DNA of 64,000 bases, taken from positions 143,114 to 207,113 of the forward strand of contig JAQBQP010000001.1 of assembly GCA_028286905.1 (NCBI GenBank). The letters run 5' to 3'. A program made the position numbers and the translations under genes. The notes beneath the pieces are model-generated. The model was not told the origin of the DNA. It was given only the letters and a program-made list of their open reading frames with translations, and did no database searches. Shown here one piece after another: positions 50,869-60,525 of this stretch (within the stretch, counting starts at the first letter, position 1; the number at the start of each line of letters is the position of its first letter). The DNA comes from Candidatus Doudnabacteria bacterium. Lineage in GTDB: Bacteria > Patescibacteriota > Doudnabacteria > UBA920 > VMFF01.

Positions 50869-51041
50869 TTGTAACTCCTCCTGAGAGTTCCATGTATACA
50901 TCGCACGGCAACCCCTAGGTTGCTACTTGCTGCGTGCTGCTTACTACTTACATTAAATACCTTAACAAAAGAAAAGACCTTACGGAAGATCGTCAAGGCC
51001 TTTTTTCGTGGACATGTTATGGATAACCTGTTGGTTAGCTG

Positions 51042-51449
51042 TTAATTTTTCGAAATTTCTTGTTTATATTTAGCGTAATCCTCAATATAGTCTTCTCTGT
51101 TGGGATTGTAGTTGGTTGAAGAAACTGCGAGTAAAACTAAGTCGTCAGATAAATTCTTGAACCCGTGCCAAATGTAATTGCCAATATATATTGCGTCTGT
51201 GGGTGCATTTAATAAAATTTCTTCCAAACCTTGTCCCCTATCAATAATCGCGGTACAAGACCCACTTTGAACGATGAACAATTCTTTTTCTTTCAAATGG
51301 CAATGTTGGCCGGTGTCCCCGGTAGGCTTTGTAATAAAATAAATTCTTTTTACTTCAAAATCAATATATTCGTTTAGCTCGACAGGACTCATCACAAAAT
51401 GAGGCGCCTGTATTTTTTTAATTTGAAATTGCTTAAACTCTAAGTGCAT
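51042..51449 (-). CDS. cupin-fold sugar 3,4-ketoisomerase-like protein (FdtA/WxcM-like)
   Basis: Cupin His motifs GQHCHLKEKELFIV. Directly downstream of rfbB. The track ORF extends to 51509; a start at M21 avoids overlap with rfbB. Confidence 0.45.
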   Translation of the reverse strand: MHLEFKQFQIKKIQAPHFVMSPVELNEYIDFEVKRIYFITKPTGDTGQHCHLKEKELFIVQSGSCTAIIDRGQGLEEILLNAPTDAIYIGNYIWHGFKNLSDDLVLLAVSSTNYNPNREDYIEDYAKYKQEISKN

Positions 51450-51454
51450 GATCT

Positions 51455-52675
51455 TTATTTTATATGTCCGTTGATTGCAGAGTTTCTTTTCTGCACATTT
51501 TCGGACCATTCTTTATTATTTAAATACCATTCAATCGTTTTTGGTAAAGCTTCTTCAAAACGATGTTCAGGATACCAACCAAGGTCATTCATAATCTTTG
51601 TGGCATCAATAGCATATCTACGATCATGGCCTGGTCGATCAGGAACAAATTTGATTGTTGATTCTGGAAGATTAAAGTATTGCAAGATAAGCTTCGCAAT
51701 TTCAAGATTGTTCTTTTCGTTGTTGCCGCCGATATTATAAACTTCACCGGGAATCCCTTTGTGCAGCATTAAATCAATAGCTTTTACGTGATCTAGAACG
51801 AACAACCAATCGCGGATATTCCTGCCATCGCCATAGATTGGGAATGGCTCATTGTTTAAAGCTTTGCCGATTAAGAACGGAATAAGTTTTTCTGGGAACT
51901 GGTAAGGGCCATAATTATTTGAACAATGACTAACTATTACGGGTACTCCAAAGGTTTGGTAATATGCTCGACATAGTAAATCCCCACCGGACTTTGCTGC
52001 GGCATAAGGAACGTTTGGTTCAAAAGCAGTGTTCTCTAAAAACATTCTATGTTCGTTCAATTTTAGAGAACCATAAACTTCATCGGTTGAAATATTTATA
52101 AATTTAAAAAGATTGTGTCGTCTGGTTGCATCTAATAGAGTTTGCACTCCGACAACGTTGGTCATAACGAATTCTCTGGAGCCAACATGAATGCTTCGGT
52201 CAACATGTGTTTCAGCTGCAAAGTTTACGATCGCATCTATTTTTTCAGTAGTAATAACATGTTCAATCATTTGCTGATCGACAATGTCGCCATGGTAGAA
52301 TTTATAGTTGGAAAGATGTTCAATGTCGATCAAATTTTCAAGATTGCCAGCGTAAGTAAGCTTGTCCAAGTTCACTATTTTATAATGCGGGTACTTTGTG
52401 ACCATATGTCGGACAAAATTGCTGCCAATAAAACCCGCGCCACCACAAACCAAAACATTTAGTTGGCGTACGGGCAAACTCATTCCGCGGAGGATCGATG
52501 AAAATATTTCTGCGGATAGTCCAGAAATTTTGATTGCATCGTGAATTTCGATATCACCTTCCTTGTATAAACGGATTGCTAAGCGTGTTCTTTCAGAAGT
52601 GGTCATCTGACTAAGAATTTCTTCGCTATAGGCTTCTGTTCCGGTTTGAGTGTTGTTTGGCTGCCAGTCGGTCAT
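51455..52675 (-). CDS. rfbB: dTDP-glucose 4,6-dehydratase (start uncertain; the core may begin at about 52483)
   Basis: GGAGFIGSNFV Rossmann motif, YAAAKSGGDLL (YxxxK), NNYGPYQFPEKLIP. The roughly 64-aa N-terminal extension in the longest ORF has no SD. Confidence 0.8.
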   Translation of the reverse strand: MTDWQPNNTQTGTEAYSEEILSQMTTSERTRLAIRLYKEGDIEIHDAIKISGLSAEIFSSILRGMSLPVRQLNVLVCGGAGFIGSNFVRHMVTKYPHYKIVNLDKLTYAGNLENLIDIEHLSNYKFYHGDIVDQQMIEHVITTEKIDAIVNFAAETHVDRSIHVGSREFVMTNVVGVQTLLDATRRHNLFKFINISTDEVYGSLKLNEHRMFLENTAFEPNVPYAAAKSGGDLLCRAYYQTFGVPVIVSHCSNNYGPYQFPEKLIPFLIGKALNNEPFPIYGDGRNIRDWLFVLDHVKAIDLMLHKGIPGEVYNIGGNNEKNNLEIAKLILQYFNLPESTIKFVPDRPGHDRRYAIDATKIMNDLGWYPEHRFEEALPKTIEWYLNNKEWSENVQKRNSAINGHIK

Positions 52676-52821
52676 AGGAAAAGTCTTACTTGTTTATGTA
52701 ATAAAGTATCATCAAACGACCTGGTTGGTCAAGATAACGACACCGCTATCAGATACGAAAAGCCCAGAACCGGAGTTCTGGGCAGATCGTTATATTTGTT
52801 GCTGTACTGACGGCACAGGGT

Positions 52822-53543
52822 TCAGGCGTGTGCCAGGATGACCTGCACCTTCTTGATCGCGGCGATGGACAGCGGGCAGACGATCTCGTCGGCCCCGATC
52901 ATCTCGTCGATCTCCTCCTGGGTGAAGAAGTCGACCTTGTAGATCTTCTCCTTCTCGTCAGGGTTCTGCTTGCCGAGCCGGTCTTCGTCGACCCGTGCCA
53001 GGAAGATCGGGGTGTAGCCGCAGATGAAAGTGGTGTTGCCTGCAACGATCTGCCCGATCTTCTCGCAGCTGAGCAGCGGGCCCCCGATCTCCTCACCGCC
53101 TTCACGCATGGCGGTCTCCTTCGTGGTTTCGCCTGCTTCGGCATGCCGCGGGGAACTTCCCAGAGTCCGGTGCCGAACTTGGAGAAGTCGGTTGGTGGGT
53201 AGGAGTAGTCATCCGGGTTCGCCACTGCGGGACGGTCAACCTTGACTAGACCGATACGCTCCTTCGAGTCGACGACCATGGTAATGGCGCCGATGTTCTC
53301 GAAATGCAGAGGCTGGTCCCACAGCGGGGTGCCATCGTCCTTGCAGATGGCGACGTGCACGAGCTGCCCGATCCCCTTCGTGTGCTCGAAGACGATGTCA
53401 GTGTTGGGGTTGGAGTCTTCGGTGCTGTACAAGTACCAGCCACGAAGGGGGCGCTTCTCGCCGTTTCTCTTGGCCTGTTCGTACAAGACGGGAGTGCCGT
53501 AAAAGAACTGGCTTGCTACCTGTGAGAATGGGACGACCTTCAT
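52822..53543 (-). pseudogene. Nudix hydrolase, frame-disrupted within the Nudix box (GC-rich islet)
   Basis: Frame A (from 53543) ends ...FGTGLWEVPRG, then runs into an Arg/Ser-rich stretch that does not look like real coding sequence. The frame shifted by one nucleotide continues ...HAEAGETTKETAMREGGEEIGGPLL..., a perfect Gx5Ex7REUxEExGU Nudix signature. A single-nucleotide frame change near 53140-53155 joins the two frames. Confidence 0.5.
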
Positions 53544-53742
53544 GTGTCAAACCTCGGGTGGAAGTGAAACTGCAAACGCGGGAACAAATATAACTTCAAT
53601 TTAGCCTCCTTTAGACTAAACAATAAATGATAGTACTATTTTTGAGGTTTAAAGTCAAGAAGGTTGATGCTTAATGACGGGGCTGGAAATTTTCTACGAG
53701 GTGTACTATAATACACGAGCATTCTGAAATTGTTCCTGTCCC

Positions 53743-53829
53743 GCCCGGGTGGCGAAACTGGCAGACGCACTACCTTGAGGTGGTAGCGGGAGCAATCCCA
53801 TAGGAGTTCGACTCTCCTCTCGGGCACCA
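53743..53829 (+). tRNA. tRNA-Leu (anticodon GAG), long variable arm
   Basis: Hand-folded. Anticodon arm CUACC-UUGAGGU-GGUAG. CCA encoded. Confidence 0.8.
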
Positions 53830-53844
53830 TTCAAATATGTATAA

Positions 53845-53921
53845 GGGCGATTAGCTCAGTTGGTTAGAGCGTCTCGTTTACACCGAGAAGGCCAAAGGTT
53901 CGAATCCTTTATCGCCCACCA
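53845..53921 (+). tRNA. tRNA-Val (anticodon UAC)
   Basis: Anticodon arm UCUCG-UUUACAC-CGAGA. CCA encoded. Confidence 0.85.
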
Positions 53922-53959
53922 TTCTTTCAAAAATTCGCGTTTAGTTTTGCGAACGACGC

Positions 53960-54034
53960 GCCTCGGTAGCTCAGTGGTAGAGCGCAGCCCTGAAGAGGCT
54001 GGCGTCGTCAGTTCAATTCTGACCCGAGGCACCA
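53960..54034 (+). tRNA. tRNA-Phe (anticodon GAA)
   Basis: Anticodon arm CAGCC-CUGAAGA-GGCUG. CCA encoded. Confidence 0.85.
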
Positions 54035-54042
54035 TAAATTTA

Positions 54043-54116
54043 GCGGCTATGGTTCAATGGTAGAACTCTTCCTTGCCAAGGAAGGGACAGGGGTTCGATT
54101 CCCCTTAGCCGCTCCA
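54043..54116 (+). tRNA. tRNA-Gly (anticodon GCC)
   Basis: Anticodon arm CUUCC-UUGCCAA-GGAAG. CCA encoded. Confidence 0.85.
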
Positions 54117-54119
54117 AAT

Positions 54120-54150
54120 AAAAAACACCTGTTCAGGTGTTTTTTATTTT
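54120..54150. terminator. bidirectional terminator (aaaaaacacctgttcaggtgtttttt)
   Basis: Seen in sequence after the tRNA cluster, convergent with nrnA. Confidence 0.6.
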
Positions 54151-55190
54151 TCTATTTTCCAGCCACCATCAGCGGTTCTTTTTAAACGCCCTTCTAGTTC
54201 AAATCCTGCTGCCAGTTTGTGCCCCCCTCCCCCTAATAATTTGGCTAAGAAAGATACATCCATTTTTTTATTTTCTTCGCTTCGAATACTTCCTTTAATT
54301 TTATTTCCATCTTGTCGTAAAAACATTGCAAACCTAGTTCCTGGAATTTTATTTAACGTTTCAACAAATCCACCGAAAGTATCAGAAGGCAGATCCCCTA
54401 TTTCTCGGAGGTCTTCTTCGGTAATAACGCTAATCGCGATTTCGTTATTTTTTGCTAGCCTAGTGTTCTCTAAAGCTTTGCCCCAGGCTTTTAAGCCGCG
54501 AATATCTTTGTTTTGATAAGTGAACTCATGAATTTTATCAACTCGTGCGCCATACTTCATTAGTTCACCAGCCGCTTCAAGTGTTGAGGCTTGGGTATTC
54601 GAATGCATAAATGATCCGGTGTCAGTAAAAATTCCGGTCAGCAAGCACTTGGAAATGTCTGGTGTAATTTCAACGCCTAAGAATTTTATAAAATCAAAAA
54701 CCAGTTCTGCTACGGAAGACTTTGTTTCATCTACTAAGTTAATATCGCCAAACCTTGCGTTATCCTGATGGTGATCGATATTTAAAACCGGCAAGTTAGA
54801 ATTAATAACTTTGTCTAAGCCTGTGCGCTGTTTGTTGTTGCAGCCGAATAAAATAATTCCGTCGTAAAATTCCTTTATTGCTTCATTAGGTACATCGTCA
54901 AAAATTTCATTTTGTTTCGGCAAAAATTGCAATGTTAAGGGTACTCCGCCTTTGGCTACAGGAATTGCCGCCTTATTTAAGGACTGCAAAATAAAGCTCA
55001 TTGCAAGCATAGAACCGCCATCGTCGCCATCAGTTCGGGCATGACTGGCTAAGATAAAGCGGTTTTTTGATTCTATAAATTTTTTAGCTTCCTCAAAAGC
55101 TGGGGTATTATTCTGCATCTGTTTTTGTATTTTTGCGACCTTGGTCTTCCTTTTCAATTTCATGAAATAGTTGGCTGATATGATCAGCAT
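54144..55190 (-). CDS. nrnA: DHH/DHHA1 phosphoesterase NrnA (oligoribonuclease / pAp phosphatase); start probably internal
   Basis: DGDDGGS, NIDHHQDN (DHH) and GGGGH (DHHA1) motifs are intact. The longest ORF overlaps rbfA by 83 nt; the start at MQNNT (about 55118) is more likely. Confidence 0.7.
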   Translation of the reverse strand: MLIISANYFMKLKRKTKVAKIQKQMQNNTPAFEEAKKFIESKNRFILASHARTDGDDGGSMLAMSFILQSLNKAAIPVAKGGVPLTLQFLPKQNEIFDDVPNEAIKEFYDGIILFGCNNKQRTGLDKVINSNLPVLNIDHHQDNARFGDINLVDETKSSVAELVFDFIKFLGVEITPDISKCLLTGIFTDTGSFMHSNTQASTLEAAGELMKYGARVDKIHEFTYQNKDIRGLKAWGKALENTRLAKNNEIAISVITEEDLREIGDLPSDTFGGFVETLNKIPGTRFAMFLRQDGNKIKGSIRSEENKKMDVSFLAKLLGGGGHKLAAGFELEGRLKRTADGGWKIEK

Positions 55191-55500
55191 AACGCGAAGT
55201 AGTATCTAGATGAAAAGAGATTCTGGGAATAATTTTAACTTCCATTAAACGATTTAATTCACCCTGAATATCGAAAAGATTATTTTGCAAAGTTTTCAAA
55301 ACTTTCTTGTCTTTCTCTTCATCGACAACGGTGATCCAGATCTTTGCCCAGCGTAAATCCTTAGAAGTATTTACTTTGCTGATTGTTATAATCGTACCTT
55401 GGTCTTTTGTGTAAGGCAAAATAATAACGCCTAAAAGCATTTGAATTAGCGCGTTAATTTTTTCAACGCGGTTAGTCTTTTTATGAGGAATTTCGCGCAT
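55108..55500 (-). CDS. rbfA: ribosome-binding factor A
   Basis: About 120 aa KH-like. Immediately downstream of infB. Confidence 0.7.
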   Translation of the reverse strand: MREIPHKKTNRVEKINALIQMLLGVIILPYTKDQGTIITISKVNTSKDLRWAKIWITVVDEEKDKKVLKTLQNNLFDIQGELNRLMEVKIIPRISFHLDTTSRYADHISQLFHEIEKEDQGRKNTKTDAE

Positions 55501-55514
55501 AGAGCTAGATGAAA

Positions 55515-57476
55515 TTATTTTGAAGTTATAAAGTCTTTTGCTTTTAGTTTTTCTTCAAAAGATTCAATCATATCGCCTTCTACAATTTTCACGTGAGTTT
55601 TAACCTTCATGCCGAATTCGTTGCCCGCTACAACCTCTTTAGCCATAATCTTGCTTTGTTGTAGGTCAAGAATTTCTCCTCTGCCAATCTCTTCCTGTTC
55701 ACCCTCGGCATTCTTTCTAAGCACAGCAATTTCACCAGCTTTTTTAATCATGCCGTCTTCTACTCTTCCACCGATAATCATCGAGCCTTTATCAGTCATA
55801 AACACCTTTAAAATTTTTGCTCGACCAAAACTGGTTTTAATAAGCTCAGGAGAAAGCATTTTAACTACTGCTGTAGTTACATCTTCAATAAGTTCATAAA
55901 TGATATCGTAGAGGTCAATCACAACTTTTTGTTGCTTGGCGAGGTTCATCGCCTTAACATTTGCTTTAGTGTTAAATCCGATAATGGTGGATTTTGAAGC
56001 GGAGGCTAAAGTGACATCGTTTTCTGTAATCTCGCCGGCGCCTTCAGAGATAATATTTATAGTTACTTCTTCATTTTTCAATTTATCGATTGATTGTTTG
56101 ATAGCTTCCAAAGATCCCAAAACATCAGACTTGATAATTAAATTTAAAGTCTTGCTCTCGCTGTCGCCTTTGATGCGCTGATTTTGGTTGATTTTACGAA
56201 CGCGTTCTTTGCGTTGGATTTGGAAAGCAATACTTTTTGCTTCATCCAAAGTTGCTCTAGTTGTTAAAATATCGCCAGTTTGGGGCACATCTGAAATACC
56301 TGAGATTTGTGCTGGCATTGAAGGGGTCGCTTCTTTCAATTTCTTGCCTAATTCATCTTCCAAGGCTCTGACTCTGCCAAAAGTTCCGCCAATGGTAACA
56401 ATATCCCCTACTTTTAGGGAGCCATTTTGGATTATAACGGTAGCAACAGGACCTTTGCCCTGTGAAAGGTGCGATTCGATAACGGTGCCCAGAGCTTGTC
56501 CATTTGGGTTAGCTCTAAAATTTTCGACATCGGCTGTAAGTAAAATCATTTCTAGGAGATCATCAATACCCTCTCCTGTTTTAGCGGAAATCGGCACGGC
56601 AATGGTCTTCCCGCCCCAGTCTTCCGTCAAAACGCCGTGTTCTGCTAGTTCTTGTTTTACACGAGTAATATTTGCACCTTCTTTATCAATTTTGTTTACT
56701 GCCACAATAATAGGTGTGTTGGTAAACTTCGCTCTATTAATTACTTCAATCGTTTGCGGCTTAACACCATCATCTGCCGCCACCACTAAAATAATTAAAT
56801 CAGTGACGTTTGCACCGCGGGCACGCATTTCAGAGAAAGCTTCGTGACCAGGAGTGTCCAAAATAGTAATAAATTTACCATTTTTCTTAACTTGATAGGC
56901 CCCAATGTGTTGAGTGATAGCACCTGCTTCCCCACCCACGACATTTGTTTTACGAATGAAGTCGATTAAAGAAGTTTTACCATGGTCAACGTGACCCATA
57001 ATCGCAACAATTGGAGGGCGATGTTTTAAGGTTGATTCATCTTCTTTTTTCAAAGTATCTTGCAGGGAGCTGGCACCCATTTCAGCATTGCTTTGAGACT
57101 GTTCTTCAGAAACATCAAAACCAAGTTCTGTAGCTACAATCGCAGCCGTATCATAATCAATTTCTTCATTGATATTTGCCATCACACCATTCTTCAATAA
57201 AGATTTAATAACATCCTGGATAGACATGCCTAAAAGATCAACGTAATCCTTTACCTTGATAAATGCCGGAAGCGAAACTTTTTTTATAATCTTTGGAGCA
57301 TTCGGATCGATTTTTGGCTTTGGTTTCAAAGCATCCATTATTTGGCGCGCCAAATAATTATCGACTTTACGTGCGCGCGGAGATAATCGGATCCCGGCAT
57401 CGTATACTTTTTGTCGAAGCTCTTTTTCGTTTAAATTAAGTTGTTTTGAGAGTGAACTTAAATCCATAACTTCCAC
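55515..57476 (-). CDS. infB: translation initiation factor IF-2
   Basis: GHVDHGKTSL G1 motif, DTPGH, NKID, C-terminal beta-barrel domains. Confidence 0.95.
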   Translation of the reverse strand: MEVMDLSSLSKQLNLNEKELRQKVYDAGIRLSPRARKVDNYLARQIMDALKPKPKIDPNAPKIIKKVSLPAFIKVKDYVDLLGMSIQDVIKSLLKNGVMANINEEIDYDTAAIVATELGFDVSEEQSQSNAEMGASSLQDTLKKEDESTLKHRPPIVAIMGHVDHGKTSLIDFIRKTNVVGGEAGAITQHIGAYQVKKNGKFITILDTPGHEAFSEMRARGANVTDLIILVVAADDGVKPQTIEVINRAKFTNTPIIVAVNKIDKEGANITRVKQELAEHGVLTEDWGGKTIAVPISAKTGEGIDDLLEMILLTADVENFRANPNGQALGTVIESHLSQGKGPVATVIIQNGSLKVGDIVTIGGTFGRVRALEDELGKKLKEATPSMPAQISGISDVPQTGDILTTRATLDEAKSIAFQIQRKERVRKINQNQRIKGDSESKTLNLIIKSDVLGSLEAIKQSIDKLKNEEVTINIISEGAGEITENDVTLASASKSTIIGFNTKANVKAMNLAKQQKVVIDLYDIIYELIEDVTTAVVKMLSPELIKTSFGRAKILKVFMTDKGSMIIGGRVEDGMIKKAGEIAVLRKNAEGEQEEIGRGEILDLQQSKIMAKEVVAGNEFGMKVKTHVKIVEGDMIESFEEKLKAKDFITSK

Positions 57477-57491
57477 AGTATACTGATTTTG

Positions 57492-58538
57492 TTAGACTTT
57501 GTCGAGTCTTGATTCGTATACTCGGTAGGAGTTATTTTCGTTAATTACTGTTAAGTTGCCAAAAGCTTTTTTTAGTAACGGTCGATAGCCAAGAAACGTA
57601 TTTGCTACGATTCGAATTTTACCTCCTGGTCTGAGGTGGTTTTTTGCTTCAGCGATGAATTTCGCACTGACATCGTAGTTCGTTTCAATGCCTTTGTGGA
57701 ATGGTGGATTAGAAAGAATGTAGTCATATTTGTCTTTAACATCAGAAAAAATATCAGAAGTCCAAACTCTTTCTGTCTCAAAACCGTTTTCTTCCATAGT
57801 CAATCGGCTAGCCTCTACTGCAAGGGCATTGCTATCTACCATGTCGATTTCAATATTTGGACTTGTTTTTTTGATGAATGCTCCAATAACTCCTGCCCCG
57901 CTACCCCAATCTAATATTTTTTCATTTTCAAACCGTGGTAAGGTTTCTAAAAGCATTTTTGTTCCATCATCTAGTCTGCCATGACTAAAAACTCCAGGTA
58001 AACTTACCACTTCTAATGATACATCAGAAATTTCTAACATAAATTTTTGCACCCAGTTCTCTAACGAATTATTAGGTAATACAGCTTGGGTCAAGGAGCT
58101 TTGATATATAACTGAATGTCGCGCCGCATCTTTATATTCAATTGGTCCGATATACTTTTCGATTGTTTCAGTTTGGGATTTTATTCCAGCTTTGTTTTGT
58201 CCAACTACATACACTTTACCCTTTGGGATTAAGGCGCCGTTTATAATGCTAAATAGCATTTCTATTAAAGCTTCGCTCTTTGGCAAATATATTATTGCAG
58301 TATCATGTAGCTTCTTTGGCTGATACCACGCACCAAAAAGATTTTTTGGCTCTTGTTCCCCTAGTTTTTTAAATGCGTAATAATCAAAATTAAAAACTGT
58401 CGGCACAGTTTTTAAAAGATCGGTTATTTCGTTTAAGGCTTCTTTCTCAGATAGGCCGACAATCAAAATGTTGTCGCCTTTAATCAATCCGATGCTTCGC
58501 AAAAGTAGCTGAGTTGGCAGCGAATATTTTCTAGACAT
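57492..58538 (-). CDS. rsmC: 16S rRNA (guanine-N2)-methyltransferase RsmC-like
   Basis: DWGSGAGVIG SAM-binding motif, NPPFH catalytic motif, two-domain layout. Confidence 0.65.
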   Translation of the reverse strand: MSRKYSLPTQLLLRSIGLIKGDNILIVGLSEKEALNEITDLLKTVPTVFNFDYYAFKKLGEQEPKNLFGAWYQPKKLHDTAIIYLPKSEALIEMLFSIINGALIPKGKVYVVGQNKAGIKSQTETIEKYIGPIEYKDAARHSVIYQSSLTQAVLPNNSLENWVQKFMLEISDVSLEVVSLPGVFSHGRLDDGTKMLLETLPRFENEKILDWGSGAGVIGAFIKKTSPNIEIDMVDSNALAVEASRLTMEENGFETERVWTSDIFSDVKDKYDYILSNPPFHKGIETNYDVSAKFIAEAKNHLRPGGKIRIVANTFLGYRPLLKKAFGNLTVINENNSYRVYESRLDKV

Positions 58539-58540
58539 GT

Positions 58541-59389
58541 TTAAAAGGTCCTGTTTTTACCTACGATCATTTTCAGACCTTGTGGCAAAAGCTCAACCGT
58601 TGCAGGGAATTTTGCTACCTCAATCCCGTCGACACTAATTTTATAATTTATTGGCTCCAAAAATTCTACTTTAGTACATCGAACAGAAGTAGCAGAAGGA
58701 ATGTTTTCGTAGCAGCCGTTCTCGATTTCTTTTTTATATTTTGCTGCACTCATTCGCGAAAGCTTTTCTATTAGCAGTAAATCTAAAAACCCATCTTGAG
58801 GGTTACCAATTGCGCCGCCAGCGCACATCTTCGTTCCGCGAGTGTTCACTAATAACCCGCCCATCGTTTTTGAAGTAATCGTATAAGCATCGTCGATCCG
58901 CATTTTAATTTCTGTTAAAGCGCTGCCAGCAAATAGTTTAATAGAAGAAAGCATTCCAAGCGGTTTATTTGTTTGGCTACCTATGCCTAATTCTAAATAT
59001 GAAATAAAATAATTGTTGTCGATTTTTGCTAAATCAATTTTCTCAGTTCTTCTGCTAGCAATTGTTTTTACGCAGGTTGCTAAGTCATCCATGCCTAAAA
59101 TCCTGCCCAATTGAGTGTTTGGGGCAAAAGGAATAAAACCCAAAGTAAAATCACGATCCTTGACTGCAGCAAGCATCTGATTAAATGTTTCATCGGTTCC
59201 GCAAGCAATTAAAGTTTTTACGCCCCGGCTGGCGGCAGTGTCCACTAAATCTTGAATAATTCTAAGTGGAGTAATTTTTGCCATTTCGCCACTAACATTA
59301 AATTCGGTTAGGAGGCTTTGTAATTCAGTTTGTTGTCTTTCGAAATTCTTTTGCGGAATGTTATGTGGATCGAGAATATAGAAATACAT
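58541..59389 (-). CDS. DAGK-catalytic-domain lipid kinase (YegS/BmrU-like)
   Basis: ACGTDET (compare GGDGT), LGFIPFAPNTQLGR (compare LGxIPxGTGNDxAR). Confidence 0.55.
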   Translation of the reverse strand: MYFYILDPHNIPQKNFERQQTELQSLLTEFNVSGEMAKITPLRIIQDLVDTAASRGVKTLIACGTDETFNQMLAAVKDRDFTLGFIPFAPNTQLGRILGMDDLATCVKTIASRRTEKIDLAKIDNNYFISYLELGIGSQTNKPLGMLSSIKLFAGSALTEIKMRIDDAYTITSKTMGGLLVNTRGTKMCAGGAIGNPQDGFLDLLLIEKLSRMSAAKYKKEIENGCYENIPSATSVRCTKVEFLEPINYKISVDGIEVAKFPATVELLPQGLKMIVGKNRTF

Positions 59390-59399
59390 TTAGTAAGCC

Positions 59400-59783
59400 C
59401 TATTTATCTTCGGATATTGGTTCTATTTTATTACCTGAATCTTTCATTTGGCACTTCCCTGCAAAGTAAGCGCCCTCTTCAACTTGTAGGGTCCCGCAGA
59501 TCATATCTCCCAGTAAACGGCCAGTTTTACCTAATATTAGAGCTCCGGTGACTTTGATGTTGCCCTGTACAGTGCCGCCAATTACGGCGTTTTCTGCTTC
59601 TACGTCAGCAGAAATATTGGCGCTTTCCCCAACATATAGATTTTGAGAGGTTTTTACTTTACCTGTGACGGTTCCATCGATTCTAAGGTTTCCTTGGCTT
59701 TTTAGGTCGCCGTCAATTTTTACTGAGGGTCCGACGATGCTTTCGCTAGCTTGTGACAAGCTTTCTTGTTGTTTTCTATCCAT
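59400..59783 (-). CDS. bactofilin (polymer-forming cytoskeletal protein, DUF583)
   Basis: Repetitive beta-helix pattern IDGDLKSQGNLRIDGTVTGKVKTSQNLYVGESANISADVEAENAVIGGTVQGNI. Confidence 0.7.
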   Translation of the reverse strand: MDRKQQESLSQASESIVGPSVKIDGDLKSQGNLRIDGTVTGKVKTSQNLYVGESANISADVEAENAVIGGTVQGNIKVTGALILGKTGRLLGDMICGTLQVEEGAYFAGKCQMKDSGNKIEPISEDK

Positions 59784-59787
59784 TTTT

Positions 59788-60297
59788 TTACGAATTAATT
59801 ATTTTAGAGGATGTAATTGCTTTTTCTTCTTCCGTAGTAAGGGTAAATTCGGATTTTCCTTGGATGATTGGTTTGGAATAAATTCGATTCTGTTCTCTAC
59901 CATGCATTGAGGTAATAACTACGCCGTTATTTTTTGCGTCTAATAACGCCATGCTGAAGCTTAAGTTTCCACCGTTGTCAGCAAAGGGGTTATAACGAAC
60001 TAGTCCGATTTTTTGAATTGAGTCTTTTTGGATTTCCCTCAAATCTTTAATCGCCTGCTCTATATAATTTGCTTGAGCTGCTAGTTCATTTATTTTTTTG
60101 CTCTGATTTATAATGAAATCTTCTAAAGATGCAGCCTGTTTCCCTTCGAAAAATGTTTTGCTAACTTTGGAAAACTTAGTCAATTTTGCAATTGCTACGA
60201 TAGCAATCAAGGCAGCAAAAATAGATAAAATTAAAGAAGTAATTTGGGCGTAATTCATATGCGAATTTATCATACATTGAATTAGTCTTGTTCGCAA
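59788..60297 (-). CDS. DUF4446-like membrane protein
   Basis: N-terminal TM, coiled-coil, conserved GLVRYNPF.DNGGNLSFS..LLD block. Confidence 0.35.
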   Translation of the reverse strand: MRTRLIQCMINSHMNYAQITSLILSIFAALIAIVAIAKLTKFSKVSKTFFEGKQAASLEDFIINQSKKINELAAQANYIEQAIKDLREIQKDSIQKIGLVRYNPFADNGGNLSFSMALLDAKNNGVVITSMHGREQNRIYSKPIIQGKSEFTLTTEEEKAITSSKIINS

Positions 60298-60525
60298 ATT
60301 ATCAAGATGCTATACTTTTTGTACTATGAAAAACAACAACTCTCAATTCAAAACTATCTCACACGAAGAAGAGTATCAGATTATTCGGCACGATCTTTTC
60401 AAAGTATTGCTATTAAACTCGGTTTATTTAATTGCGATCTTGGCTTTGTATTTCACGAATAAAAACTCGCATTACCTTGAGACTCTTTTTGCAAAAATCT
60501 TACACTTTTAATTCTGCTAGAAAAT

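Noticed and set aside
53024-53543. Several plus-strand ORFs of 65-124 aa (52828..53202, 53024..53245, 53242..53502, 53304..53525) and the minus-strand ORF 53246..53443
   Set aside because: They lie antisense to or out of frame with the Nudix gene in about 62% GC sequence, where stop codons are rare. Their translations are Arg/Ser/Pro-rich and of low complexity. I treat them as GC artefacts.
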